DNA from: a virus
IMG/VR virus record: IMGVR_UViG_3300045988_136184
Reading direction: 5' to 3' (one strand)
Length of the DNA: 16,591 bases
A program made the translations under genes and the position numbers. The notes under the pieces were generated by a model. The model had not been told where the DNA came from. It did not search any database and worked only from the letters and a program-made list of their open reading frames with translations. Below, one piece after another: positions 1 to 8,143 of the stretch. Each line of letters begins with the position of its first letter. Position 1 is the first letter of the stretch.

Positions 1-141
1 GCGCGAACTGGGCTGCGCTGGAGAAGAACGCGCCTATCCTGCCGGGCAGTGATTGGAAGAATCCGATGATGTTGTTCACGCACGCGCCGATGAAGTTGGT
101 GAAGTTGCTCCATATCTGCCGACCGCTTTCGGTCTGGGTAA
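1..141. repeat. Terminal overlap copy 1 (identical to 16451-16591)
   Basis: Read directly: gcgcgaactgggctgcgctg...ggtctgggtaa occurs at both ends of the window. It lies inside the tape measure gene, so it is more likely an assembly or circularisation overlap than a physical terminal repeat. Confidence 0.95.
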
Positions 142-1591
142 AGAAGTAGACCAGTCCGGCCACCAGGGCGGCTATGAGCGTGATGATCAGCACGATGGGG
201 TTGGCGTTCATGGCCGCGTTGAGCGCCCATTGGGCCACGGATGCGGCCGTGTTGGCGATGCTGAACCCCTGCAATGCGGAGGATACAGCGGTGATGACGC
301 CCGCGACTTTGAACACGGCGAAGCCGGTGCCGATGCCGACCAGGGCGGCGCTGATGGGTTCCGCGTTCGCGCTCACCCAGTCGCCGAACGCGGTGAGTTT
401 TCCGGCCACATCGCCCACGATGACGGCCGCGCCGTTGAAGGCGTCGCCCAACGCGGTGCCCGCTCCGGCCGCGCCGCCCATCGAGTCGAGCAGGGGCGTG
501 AACTGGCCGATGAGGTCGCCGGCGGCTCCGGCGAGGCTCTTGCATGACTCCCAGACGGCGGCGAAGATATCGCCGGCGGCCTGTGCGGGGCCGGTGTTCT
601 GGAACGCGGTGAGGAAGTCGGAGACCTTCTGTTTCGCGGTGTCGAACGTGCTGGCGGCGGTACCCCGGATGGTGAGCAGGAAGTCCACGACGGGGCTGTC
701 CTCCTCCACGCTGAACGCGTCGCGCAGTTCCGCGCTGAAGTCGCCGTCGCGCACGAGTTTGATGACGCCTTGCAGGCCGGTGGTCGCCTTGCCGCTGAAC
801 GCGCTGATTTTGTCGGCGGCGACGCTCATGGCGGAGGTGACCGTCGGCTTGAACAGGTTGAACGCATCGGTCAGGCCGCCGACCACGGCGGCTTCGAGGT
901 TGCCCATGGCTCCCTCCATGGTGGAGGTGCTGGTCGCGGCCTCTTTGGCGACGTCGCTCATGCCGAGGTCCATGATCGCGGCGGAGAACTCGTCCGCCGT
1001 GATCTCGCCCTTCTCCATGGCGTCCCTGAAATTGCCGGTGTACGCGCCGGCCTTGAGCATGGATTCCTGGAGCCGGCCGGCCGCACCGGGGATGGCGTCG
1101 GTCAGCTGGTTCCAGTTCTCCGTCGTGAGCTTGCCGGCTCCGGCGGTCTGGGTCATGACCATGGCCACGCTTTTGAACGTGTCGGCGTTGCCGCCTGCCA
1201 CGGCGTTCAGATTGCCTGCCGCCTCGGTCAGGCCCACGTAGTCCTTGACTCCGTTGGCGGCGAGCTGGGCGGTGGTGTTCTGCACGGTCGCGAGGTCGTA
1301 GACCGTGCGGTCCGCGTATTCCCGTGTGGCCTTGGTGGCCTGGTTTATGGCGGTGGTGTCCAGTCCGGCGAAGCCCATGGTCTGCTTGAACTTGTCGATG
1401 CTGTCGCTCATGTCCACGACGGCGGCGCTGAAGCCCTTGAGCTTGTCCCACAGGGCGGTCACGCCCTTGACGGCCATGCCGCCCATGAAGCTGCCGAAGG
1501 CGGCGGCTTTGCCGGTGACCTTGCTGAACGCCTTCACGGCGTCGTCGCTGTTGCCGGTGATTCTCACCGACATGATCGCGCTACGCGCCAT
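1..1591 (-). CDS. Tail tape measure protein, N-terminal 530 codons (continues across the circular junction into 16450-15963)
   Basis: The minus-strand ATG at 1591 is preceded by GGAGGAG. I scanned 1-1591 for tta/cta/tca in this frame and found no in-frame stop. The hand translation starts MARSAIMSVRITGNSDDAVKAFSK. The gene sits directly after the G/GT chaperone. The ORF is missing from the supplied track only because it runs off the window edge. Confidence 0.85.
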   Translation of the reverse strand, partial: MARSAIMSVRITGNSDDAVKAFSKVTGKAAAFGSFMGGMAVKGVTALWDKLKGFSAAVVDMSDSIDKFKQTMGFAGLDTTAINQATKATREYADRTVYDLATVQNTTAQLAANGVKDYVGLTEAAGNLNAVAGGNADTFKSVAMVMTQTAGAGKLTTENWNQLTDAIPGAAGRLQESMLKAGAYTGNFRDAMEKGEITADEFSAAIMDLGMSDVAKEAATSTSTMEGAMGNLEAAVVGGLTDAFNLFKPTVTSAMSVAADKISAFSGKATTGLQGVIKLVRDGDFSAELRDAFSVEEDSPVVDFLLTIRGTAASTFDTAKQKVSDFLTAFQNTGPAQAAGDIFAAVWESCKSLAGAAGDLIGQFTPLLDSMGGAAGAGTALGDAFNGAAVIVGDVAGKLTAFGDWVSANAEPISAALVGIGTGFAVFKVAGVITAVSSALQGFSIANTAASVAQWALNAAMNANPIVLIITLIAALVAGLVYFFTQTESGRQIWSNFTNFIGACVNNIIGFFQSLPGRIGAFFSSAAQFA

Positions 1592-2008
1592 GTTCCATCT
1601 CCTCCATGCGTTCCATCTCCTGTTCGAGCAGTCTTATCGCGGTGCCCCAGTCCAGTTCGCTGGCCTCGTTGCGCCATGCCCACGGCGCGCCGCCGAAGCG
1701 GTGGGCGAGGATGACGCTGAGCATGCCGAGCGAATCGTCGGGCCACGCGGCTATTCGGTAGGGTTTTCCGGCGTCTCCACGTCGATGTCGTCCACGTCGT
1801 CGAGCCACTGGTCGTATGGTTTGGACGTGTTGCCGGCGAACCTCATAGCGAGGTACGCCATGTAGTAGGACTGGCGGATTCGGCTGCCCTCTCCGGCGGC
1901 CCATCCCTCCTTCTGCGCGTGCTCCTCGCATGAGGTGATGACGCGCGGGGTGAGCGGGGCCTCGTTGGAGGTGCCGTCCACGTAGGTGACTTTCGCAATG
2001 TTGCGCAT
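1581..2008 (-). CDS. Tail assembly chaperone G-T fusion made by a programmed -1 frameshift (about 142 aa)
   Basis: G codons start at positions congruent to 1 mod 3. The overlapping ORF 1581-2138 is congruent to 2 mod 3, which is the -1 frame on the minus strand. Only the tail of that ORF (KPYRIAAWPDDSLGMLSVILAHRFGGAPWAWRNEASELDWGTAIRLLEQEMERMEEMEHGA) looks protein-like. Its stop at 1581 overlaps the tape measure ATG at 1591. Confidence 0.6.
1751..2008 (-). CDS. Tail assembly chaperone (gpG-like), 85 aa
   Basis: Located immediately upstream of the tape measure gene. It has an acidic C-terminus (DDVDDIDVETPENPTE), an AAGGAG RBS 9 nt upstream of the ATG at 2008, and an overlapping -1 frame that stays open to 1581. 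Confidence 0.7.
   Translation of the reverse strand: MRNIAKVTYVDGTSNEAPLTPRVITSCEEHAQKEGWAAGEGSRIRQSYYMAYLAMRFAGNTSKPYDQWLDDVDDIDVETPENPTE
1763..1769 (-). promoter_or_regulatory. Candidate -1 slippery site G GAA AAC
   Basis: The minus strand reads CCG GAA AAC CCT ACC GAA TAG in frame 0 and GGA AAA CCC TAC in frame -1. This is the only homopolymer-like run in the last 60 nt of G. It is not a perfect X XXY YYZ heptamer. Confidence 0.4.
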
Positions 2009-2011
2009 GGG

Positions 2012-2395
2012 TTATGCTCCTTTGACTTGTTCCATGGTTTTCTTGATGAACCGTTCGTATTCCTTCGTCCACTGGCCTTCGGTCGAGGCCACGGCGTCGT
2101 TCACGAACGTTCTCGGCTTGATGTGCCGCGCGGGCCAACCGTAATTGATCGGTCCCGCATACGGCACGGTCTTGCGGCCGGCACGGATGATACCGGCCTT
2201 CTGGGTCGCGCCCACACGTATCGATCCGGCGAGCTTGCCGGTCCTTCCGCGTGGCGCGCGGGCCACCGCCTCAGGCTTGGCGATGTCGGCGGCCCGCCGG
2301 TTGACCTCCTTCAGCTCCTTCATGTCGGCGCCGGCCTTGCGCATGGTCTGTACGAAACGCTTCTGACCGACGACGTACAGGGCCTTGTCGGCCAT
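2012..2395 (-). CDS. HK97 gp10-family neck / tail-completion protein, 127 aa
   Basis: The segment ARAPRGRTGKLAGSIRVG...VPYAGPINYGWPARHIKPRTFVNDA matches my recollection of the gp10-family pattern (AP..TG.L..SI...YA..vEfG...PFl). Confidence 0.65.
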   Translation of the reverse strand: MADKALYVVGQKRFVQTMRKAGADMKELKEVNRRAADIAKPEAVARAPRGRTGKLAGSIRVGATQKAGIIRAGRKTVPYAGPINYGWPARHIKPRTFVNDAVASTEGQWTKEYERFIKKTMEQVKGA

Positions 2396-2396
2396 G

Positions 2397-2819
2397 TCAG
2401 GCGCTCGTCGGCGTGTACGCCGACGCCTTCACGTCGGTGGCGGAAAACTCGAAATCCTTCTTGTTCTTCGTCTTCACGTCACCGCCGAACGCGATGGGCG
2501 CGATGGTCACGCGCATGTCCAGCTGGAGCTTGCCGGCAGTGTTCGGCACGAACTTCGCAGCCTTCGTCTCGCCGGCGTGGTTCAGGCAGTAGACTTGCGC
2601 GCCGTTCATGCTGTAGTCCTCGGCGATGCTTCCCGACAGCTTCCACGACGTCGTGAGCGCGCCGCCCTCCTCGTGGCCGTCCAGGTACGTGTCGGGGTCC
2701 TCGCTGGAATTGTCCGGCGACAGTTCCACGCTCGTGCAATCGACGTCCAGCTTGTACTGGTCGTCTGAGGAGCCGATGACCAGGCTTCCCGGTCCCAGGG
2801 TACGGATTTTGTCCGCCAT
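2397..2819 (-). CDS. Putative major tail (tube) protein, 140 aa
   Basis: MADKIRTLGPGSLVIGSS...VTIAPIAFGGDVKTKNKKDFEFSATDV has a beta-rich composition typical of actinophage tail tube proteins. It has its own RBS (AAAGGAA). The position is consistent with a tube protein, although the gp10-like gene lies between it and the chaperones. Confidence 0.55.
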   Translation of the reverse strand: MADKIRTLGPGSLVIGSSDDQYKLDVDCTSVELSPDNSSEDPDTYLDGHEEGGALTTSWKLSGSIAEDYSMNGAQVYCLNHAGETKAAKFVPNTAGKLQLDMRVTIAPIAFGGDVKTKNKKDFEFSATDVKASAYTPTSA

Positions 2820-2836
2820 GATGGTTGTTCCTTTCG

Positions 2837-3202
2837 TTAGATTTCATTGAGTGTGATCTGGTAGGCCGCGAGCGTCGCGTCTCCACGCGTGAAGCCGACG
2901 GGCTCGGCCGATGTGACAGGCAGCGCGGACGCCGCGAGCCGGTCCATCGCGGCCAGTAGCAGCGGCAGCGCGGACGCCTGCGCCCAGGGACTGCCGGCGA
3001 CGAACACGAGCCGCACCGATAGTTCGTTTTCCGCGCCCGCGTAGGGCCATGCCACTTCGGGGGGTTTGACCCATACGCAGACCTTGCCGCGTGGCGGCTT
3101 CACCTCGGTCTCGTCGATGGTGACGTGTTCCACGAGGTCGCCGCACGCGCCGGCCACCTGTTCCATGAGCGCGTCGATCTTGCCGGTGATGGTGTTTGTC
3201 AT
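2837..3202 (-). CDS. Head-tail joining / tail terminator-like protein, 121 aa
   Basis: The real start is MTNTITGKIDALMEQ at 3202, which forms an ATGA overlap with the upstream stop. The 67 Arg-rich residues upstream in the track ORF are rejected. The functional call rests on position between the connector and the tube protein. Confidence 0.5.
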   Translation of the reverse strand: MTNTITGKIDALMEQVAGACGDLVEHVTIDETEVKPPRGKVCVWVKPPEVAWPYAGAENELSVRLVFVAGSPWAQASALPLLLAAMDRLAASALPVTSAEPVGFTRGDATLAAYQITLNEI

Positions 3203-3525
3203 GCGATCCCCATTCCCGCGAGCACGCCGGCGGCGCGGAGCTTCGGCCAGGCGGCGCGCAACGGGTCGGCGGAGACGCGGAACGGTTCGATGGCGTCGCT
3301 GTCCACGTTCATCACGCCGTTGCGCGCGTCCTTCTGGTTGAACAGGTCGGCGGCGACCGCCAGCACGCAATCGGACTGGATCAGGTCGGGCACCGTGTCC
3401 CACGTCTCGCCCAGGTTCGTCGACAGGTAGGCGCGCGCCGTCGCCAGACAGTCGTCGGCGCGCGTCTCGTCGTCGCTGCCGATGACGTTCATCATCGACA
3501 GGAACTTGTCATGCAACTGGTCCAT
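3199..3525 (-). CDS. gp6-like head-tail connector (adaptor) protein, 108 aa
   Basis: It is the first gene after the capsid gene. Its size and sequence (MDQLHDKFLSMMNVIGSDDETRADDCLATARAYL...) fit the Phage_connect_1 type. Confidence 0.6.
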   Translation of the reverse strand: MDQLHDKFLSMMNVIGSDDETRADDCLATARAYLSTNLGETWDTVPDLIQSDCVLAVAADLFNQKDARNGVMNVDSDAIEPFRVSADPLRAAWPKLRAAGVLAGMGIA

Positions 3526-3535
3526 GTGCGCCTAC

Positions 3536-5110
3536 TCAGGCGGCGGCCTTCGGACCCAACGGCATGACGCCGCCGGTGAACACGGTCGCGAACGCCGCGT
3601 AACCGTACACGCTGTAATTGGAAAGCAGTTTGGTGGTGTCGTCCTGCTGGAGCTGGAAGGGGCCGCCGGCCTCCCACATCTGCAACGCGGTCGGGTCGAT
3701 GAACGCGGCCGTGTTCGCGGCGGCACCCGGCACCATCTGCACGGGGACGGACAGCATGCGGCCGGTGATGCCGGTAAGGCTCAGGCTGCCGAGCTTGTCC
3801 ACGCCCTCGCCGGACACGTCCATGAGCGCGTCGCCGCTGCGCGTGATCTTCGCCATCTTGTCAAATACGTCCTTGCTGACCGCGAGCGTGCCGAGCTGCG
3901 CGCCTCGGCCGTCCGCCGCCTCGGCCGCGTTGATGATGACGGTAATCCACTGGTCGGCGGTGAGCGCGCTCACGGCCGCCGGCGTCTCCAGCTTGTTCGC
4001 TGCGGCGCCGGTGATGGCGGCAGTCAGCTGCGCGCGGGCCGCCGCCTCCACCGCGTTGCTGTAAGCGATGGTGAGCGCGCGGAGCGCGGTATCGAGCGCG
4101 GGCGTGTTGCTGCGTTCGATGACCTGGCGCGACAGCGGCGCGTAACCTCCATAGGTCTTCACGGCGGCGGTCGCGCTCGTGAGCGTGATTTTGCCGGTGG
4201 TCAGGGCCGCGCCCTCGGCCGTCTGTTCGGCCACCTTCAGCGTGTTAGAGCCGAGCTTGAGATATTCCAGCGTCATGCCGGTGGCCGGCAGCGCGGCATG
4301 CTGGAACAGGTTCGCGACGCTACGGCGCGACTGGATGAGCTTGATCTGGTCGGCGACCCACTCGTTAGTGTTGTTCGTGTCGGCGCTGGAAATCAGGTCG
4401 CGGGCCTCGCGCATGAACTCATACGCGGTGTCGTCGCCGGCCGCAAGCGCCTTCGCGAACTCGCCGGCCGAACGGTATTGGCCACCGATGACGTGCGGCG
4501 GGTCCGGCTTCTGCCGGCCGATGGTGTCCGCGAGCGAACGGATCTGCATTTCGAGCTGGTCGAAACGCGATTCCGTCGCCGGCTGCTGTTCGTTTTCCAC
4601 TGTTTCCTCCTTGGTGTCGGTTTCCTGGTTGACGTGTTCCTGGTCCCGTTGGCCGGTGATGGCCGCGCCCGTGTACGCGGGTATGCCGGTGACGGCGACC
4701 TCAAGCAGTTTCACGGCGCGCCGCACGTACACGCTCGTGTCGCCCTCGGTGCGCTTGTCGGTGGTCACGGGCATGAAGCCCACGCTGAACGAATCAAGCA
4801 CGCCGTCGCGGATCAGCTGCACGGCGTCGCGACCCTCGGCCGTGTCGCTGATTGACGCGGTGATGTGCAATCCGTCGGCCTCGCGCGTCGCGTTCGTGAC
4901 CTTGCCGATGAGACGGCCGTGGTCACGGCTCAACTTGGTGCGTGTCGTGTCGCCGAAATCGCAATCCGGCGCGAACTCCTCGGCCGCGCCGCGCCACAAT
5001 CCGATGCGTTGGCCGAACGGCACGGCGATGCCCTCGATGCGGGTACCGTCGCCCTGGTCCTCGCGTAGCTCGATGCCCTTCACGGTGATGGTGCGTACCT
5101 CTTCGCTCAT
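3536..5110 (-). CDS. Prohead protease (HK97 / S78 type) - scaffold-like linker - HK97-fold major capsid protein fusion, 524 aa
   Basis: The N-terminus carries protease motifs (IEGIAVPFG, DHGRLIGKV, LDSFSVGF). The middle is an acidic or coiled segment (QETDTKEETVENEQQPATESRFDQLEMQIRSLAD). The C-terminal roughly 270 aa is capsid-like (AEQTAEGAALTTGKITLTSATAAVKTYGGYAPLSRQVIERS...). It is a single uninterrupted ORF. The ATG at 5110 has a GGAGG RBS and forms an ATGA overlap with the portal stop. Confidence 0.8.
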   Translation of the reverse strand: MSEEVRTITVKGIELREDQGDGTRIEGIAVPFGQRIGLWRGAAEEFAPDCDFGDTTRTKLSRDHGRLIGKVTNATREADGLHITASISDTAEGRDAVQLIRDGVLDSFSVGFMPVTTDKRTEGDTSVYVRRAVKLLEVAVTGIPAYTGAAITGQRDQEHVNQETDTKEETVENEQQPATESRFDQLEMQIRSLADTIGRQKPDPPHVIGGQYRSAGEFAKALAAGDDTAYEFMREARDLISSADTNNTNEWVADQIKLIQSRRSVANLFQHAALPATGMTLEYLKLGSNTLKVAEQTAEGAALTTGKITLTSATAAVKTYGGYAPLSRQVIERSNTPALDTALRALTIAYSNAVEAAARAQLTAAITGAAANKLETPAAVSALTADQWITVIINAAEAADGRGAQLGTLAVSKDVFDKMAKITRSGDALMDVSGEGVDKLGSLSLTGITGRMLSVPVQMVPGAAANTAAFIDPTALQMWEAGGPFQLQQDDTTKLLSNYSVYGYAAFATVFTGGVMPLGPKAAA

Positions 5111-6228
5111 AATGTGACCTCCTGCGGTGTGGTCTGGTTGATCGGCGCCCATCCCTCACGGGCGCGCGCCTCGTCCACCGTCATGAATCCGGCGGATATG
5201 GCGGTCTGGTAGGCGCTGTAACGGGTGTTCGTGTCGGAACGATGCAACGAATCCCAGTCGGGCATGCACCATTGCCCCTCAGGCAGCAGCGACGTGAGGG
5301 CCTCGCAAATCTCGTCAGCGTAGGCCGACAAAGTGTATTCCGCGAACGTGAGCCACTCTTGCTCGATGTTCGAGTAGGTCAGCGAAGTGCCTTCCACCTT
5401 CGCGAGCATCAACGACGCCGGGATGCCCAACAGGCGGGCTATCTGCGTGGTGTTGAACTGCTGGGACTCGATGAATTGCAGGTCTTCGGGGCTCAACGCC
5501 AACGGCGTGTAGTCCAGGCCCTTGCCGAGCACGCGCACGCCGCCGGCGCCGCCCTTCGCCCACCGTTCGCTAGCGGTCCTCGCGTCCTGGTCGCTTAATA
5601 TCTGGTCGCTTTTCAGGATGCCGGCGGGCCGCGCCGTGTTGTCCAACCAGTTCGATGCGTAGGCGCGAGTGTCCTGCGCTCCCTCGATCTCCTCGCGGGC
5701 CGCGCTGATAGGGCCCATGCCGCGCAAACGGCCGGCCACGTTCAACAGCTTCAGATGCACGATGCGGTCGGCGCCGTAGTCCACGCCACGGTACGAGTAG
5801 CGCAAGCGCGGGTTAGCCGGGTCCATGTTCAGGTCAGTGACGGTCACGAGCTGGGGTGGCAGACTGCGCACTCCCACGAGCACGCCGCCCGCCTCGACCT
5901 TGAGCAGGAACGCGTTACCGTTCAACGCGAGAGCGGAAACGAGGTCGCCGAACAGGTCGCGGCGGCTACGGTTCAGGTCGGGCCGGGTGATGAGCGTGCT
6001 CGGCCGCATGCGCGAGCCGTCCGGCGCGTACTGGATCAGCGGCAGCTTGCTGACCGCCGTCTCGATGATCTGCACGCCGCGAAATACGGTGGACAACGCC
6101 AGCGGGTCATGCGACGTGGACAATCGCGGCGGCAATGTCGGCGCGTCCGCTTCCTCCACGTCGTCCGTCGTCTGCGCCGCGCGAAGCAACAGGGCGGCGG
6201 TGTTGGAGATGCGGGAAATGAAGCTCAT
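5107..6228 (-). CDS. Portal protein (HK97 family), 373 aa
   Basis: Located between the large terminase and the protease-capsid gene. The sequence shows typical portal features (ALSTVFRGVQIIETAVSKLPL..., QFNTTQIARLLGIPASLM). Confidence 0.85.
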   Translation of the reverse strand: MSFISRISNTAALLLRAAQTTDDVEEADAPTLPPRLSTSHDPLALSTVFRGVQIIETAVSKLPLIQYAPDGSRMRPSTLITRPDLNRSRRDLFGDLVSALALNGNAFLLKVEAGGVLVGVRSLPPQLVTVTDLNMDPANPRLRYSYRGVDYGADRIVHLKLLNVAGRLRGMGPISAAREEIEGAQDTRAYASNWLDNTARPAGILKSDQILSDQDARTASERWAKGGAGGVRVLGKGLDYTPLALSPEDLQFIESQQFNTTQIARLLGIPASLMLAKVEGTSLTYSNIEQEWLTFAEYTLSAYADEICEALTSLLPEGQWCMPDWDSLHRSDTNTRYSAYQTAISAGFMTVDEARAREGWAPINQTTPQEVTL

Positions 6229-6279
6229 GCGGCCGATTCAACCGCCCGCCGGCGCGCCACGCCGAAACCGGCGTATAAG

Positions 6280-6315
6280 AACATCGCAGAACGTCTAAAA
6301 ACGTCATAGAACGTC
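6280..6315 (-). repeat. Four GA(C/T)GTT hexamers at exact 10-nt phasing in the large terminase-portal intergenic gap
   Basis: The minus strand reads GGTTAGACGTTCTATGACGTTTTTAGACGTTCTGCGATGTTCTTATACGC. It includes an 11-nt perfect direct repeat, TTAGACGTTCT, twice (plus-strand agaacgtctaa at 6288-6298 and 6308-6318). It is a locally AT-rich island. Confidence 0.8.
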
Positions 6316-7766
6316 TAACCGAAAATCTGCAACGGCGCGGCCGGCTGCGCGTGAAGCGAAGCGGTGACCGCGAGTTGCGCGGCCTCAAGCGCGTTAATCG
6401 CCTGTTCGCTGTTGCGGCGCGACAGCACCCAACTGTCGGCGACCCACCGGCGCACCGCGACGGCGGCAGCGTCGTCCAGCGCCGGATCAGGCACGTGCAA
6501 CACCTGGCGTTGCATGAGCCGGTCAAGCATGAGCACGCCGGCCGCGACTATCTCCGTGTTGCCGATATCCGACAACCGGTATTCCGGCGTGCCGTCCGCC
6601 GCGACCTCATGCAACCGGTCGGCCAACGGCGCGGACGGGCCGCGCCGGTCTATGGCTATCGGCGCGCCGCCATACCGTGATTGCAGGTCGGCCAGCCGTT
6701 CGGCCGCGCCGGCGGTGCCCGGCAGCACGTCCACGATCTGCACGACGGTGACGCCATCGCGCCGGCACGCGGCGGCTATCGCGGTCGATTCCGATTCCAT
6801 GCCGACCGCGACGCCGAACGCGAGCGTGTCCAGGTCGAGCGCCGACAGGTCGAGCGGCGCGGTCTCGGTCTCCGTCCACAAGGCGGCGGGGTAGACGCGT
6901 TCGGTGCTGGACGTGTCACGGAGATTGCAGAACGCGCGCCGCCAGCCGGCCGGGTCGTCCGCGAACTGGTCGCGAAAGTCCTTGAGCTGCCGACGGTCGA
7001 ACAGGTAGCCGCAACCCGGGTGCGCGCTGGCTACGGCGTCCAGGTCCTCGCTGTCCTTCGCGGGGTCAAGCCCCCAATCGAAGAACGCCCAACGTTTCGG
7101 GATGTCGCCGGCACGGCACCGGTCCAGAAGCGCGTTGTAATACTCGCTTTCGGCCGTGCCCTCCGTGCTTGTGATCCACAATTGCGGACGGACGCCCGTG
7201 GCCCTCATGCGCGTGGTCGTCGTCGGGATAAAGCCATCCAGAATCTGCTTGGCCTGGAGCGCCGACAACGCCCACACCTCATCGAGGTTGATGAAATCGC
7301 CCTGGAAACCGTGGCCGCTGCTTTCGGTCATGCTGCCCGGCCGCAACGTGCTGCCGTTGACGAGCGGCAGCGCCATGCTGCCGTTGCTCATGCGCGGGTT
7401 CCCGTCGATCAGCGCCGCCAGAGGGGAGCGCACCACGCTTTTAATCAGCTTGCGAAACTGTTCGTTGCTATCCTTACCGGTCTGCGCGAGATACCACACC
7501 TCACGGTCGGGTCCAAGCAGCGCGTTACGCACCTGCTCGGCCTTGCTTATCGTCGTCTTGCCCGCCTGGCGTTGAACGGACACAATAACGCGGTCGTAGT
7601 AGTACGTGCCCGTTTCCGGGTCCAGCTCACCGGCCACGTCCGCTACCTGGCGTTGCCATGGGATCAGCGGCTGACCCAACGCGGCGGAGATGCGCGCCAC
7701 CTTGCCGCCGTCCGTCTCACGCGAAGGGTCGCGCGGGGTCGCGTGGCGCGCCGGTGCCGGCCTCAC
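6315..7766 (-). CDS. Terminase large subunit, about 483 aa (start uncertain: GTG 7766 or GTG 7700)
   Basis: It has a Walker A-like VQRQAGKTT, a DEVW Walker B-like motif, and a C-terminal nuclease-like region. The GTG at 7766 forms a GTGA overlap with the terS stop. The track start at 7934 adds an Arg/Pro-rich overlap and is rejected. Confidence 0.85.
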   Translation of the reverse strand: MRPAPARHATPRDPSRETDGGKVARISAALGQPLIPWQRQVADVAGELDPETGTYYYDRVIVSVQRQAGKTTISKAEQVRNALLGPDREVWYLAQTGKDSNEQFRKLIKSVVRSPLAALIDGNPRMSNGSMALPLVNGSTLRPGSMTESSGHGFQGDFINLDEVWALSALQAKQILDGFIPTTTTRMRATGVRPQLWITSTEGTAESEYYNALLDRCRAGDIPKRWAFFDWGLDPAKDSEDLDAVASAHPGCGYLFDRRQLKDFRDQFADDPAGWRRAFCNLRDTSSTERVYPAALWTETETAPLDLSALDLDTLAFGVAVGMESESTAIAAACRRDGVTVVQIVDVLPGTAGAAERLADLQSRYGGAPIAIDRRGPSAPLADRLHEVAADGTPEYRLSDIGNTEIVAAGVLMLDRLMQRQVLHVPDPALDDAAAVAVRRWVADSWVLSRRNSEQAINALEAAQLAVTASLHAQPAAPLQIFG

Positions 7767-8077
7767 TGCGCCATGTCCTTGAGCAGCTGCGCGAGGTCGC
7801 CGGCCTTCGCGGACGTTTCGGACGGCTGCAACCGGTCGATGGTCTCGTTGTAGCTCGTGACCATGCGGGAGATGTCGCGGCCCTTGCGACACAGGCGGTC
7901 GATGGTGCGGGCGCACGTGAGCAGCAGCGTACACAGGGCGCGCCGTTGCGGCGTCAGCTGCGCGGCGTCCTGCAACAGCTCGGTGACGAGCTCCTTGGTC
8001 GAGCTGGTCAGCGGGTTGGTCAGCTCGTCGCTGTCCTCCATGCCCGGAAGTGTCATCTGCTTGTCGTTGTCGTCCAT
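7763..8077 (-). CDS. Putative terminase small subunit, 104 aa
   Basis: The ATG at 8077 is preceded by AGGAG at 8-nt spacing. The gene is translationally coupled to the large terminase. It is a small helical protein (TELLQDAAQLTPQRRALCTLLLTCARTIDRL). The assignment is mainly positional. Confidence 0.5.
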   Translation of the reverse strand: MDDNDKQMTLPGMEDSDELTNPLTSSTKELVTELLQDAAQLTPQRRALCTLLLTCARTIDRLCRKGRDISRMVTSYNETIDRLQPSETSAKAGDLAQLLKDMAQ

Positions 8078-8143
8078 GATTTGCGCTCCTAGCCTATCGG
8101 TGTTACTGTCTGGAACTGGCTTCATTCCGCCGATTGGTGGAGC

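Noticed and set aside
1-141. The 141-nt terminal identity as a physical direct terminal repeat of the virion DNA
   Set aside because: It falls in the middle of the tape measure coding sequence and has the length of a common assembler k-mer. The HNH-terminase arrangement instead points to cos ends, probably near 8078-8240. The true termini cannot be determined without reads.
174-1714. Long plus-strand ORFs 53-547, 174-1241, 770-1714 and 1305-1865 (up to 355 aa)
   Set aside because: They are antisense to an uninterrupted minus-strand tape measure frame that has an RBS and the expected neighbouring genes. Their translations are low-complexity (Ala/Ser/Pro/Gly/Arg-rich), as is typical of shadow frames in GC-rich DNA.
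1581-2138. ORF 1581-2138 as an independent 185-aa gene
   Set aside because: Its first roughly 125 residues are Arg-rich and overlap the gp10-like and G genes out of frame. Only the last 60 codons look real, and they are best explained as the T part of a -1 G-T frameshift product.
3482-5117. Plus-strand ORFs 3482-4855 (457 aa) and 4179-5117 (312 aa)
   Set aside because: They are antisense to the protease-capsid gene, which has clear family motifs. Their composition is Arg/Gly/Ala- or Ser-rich, with no RBS or recognisable motifs.
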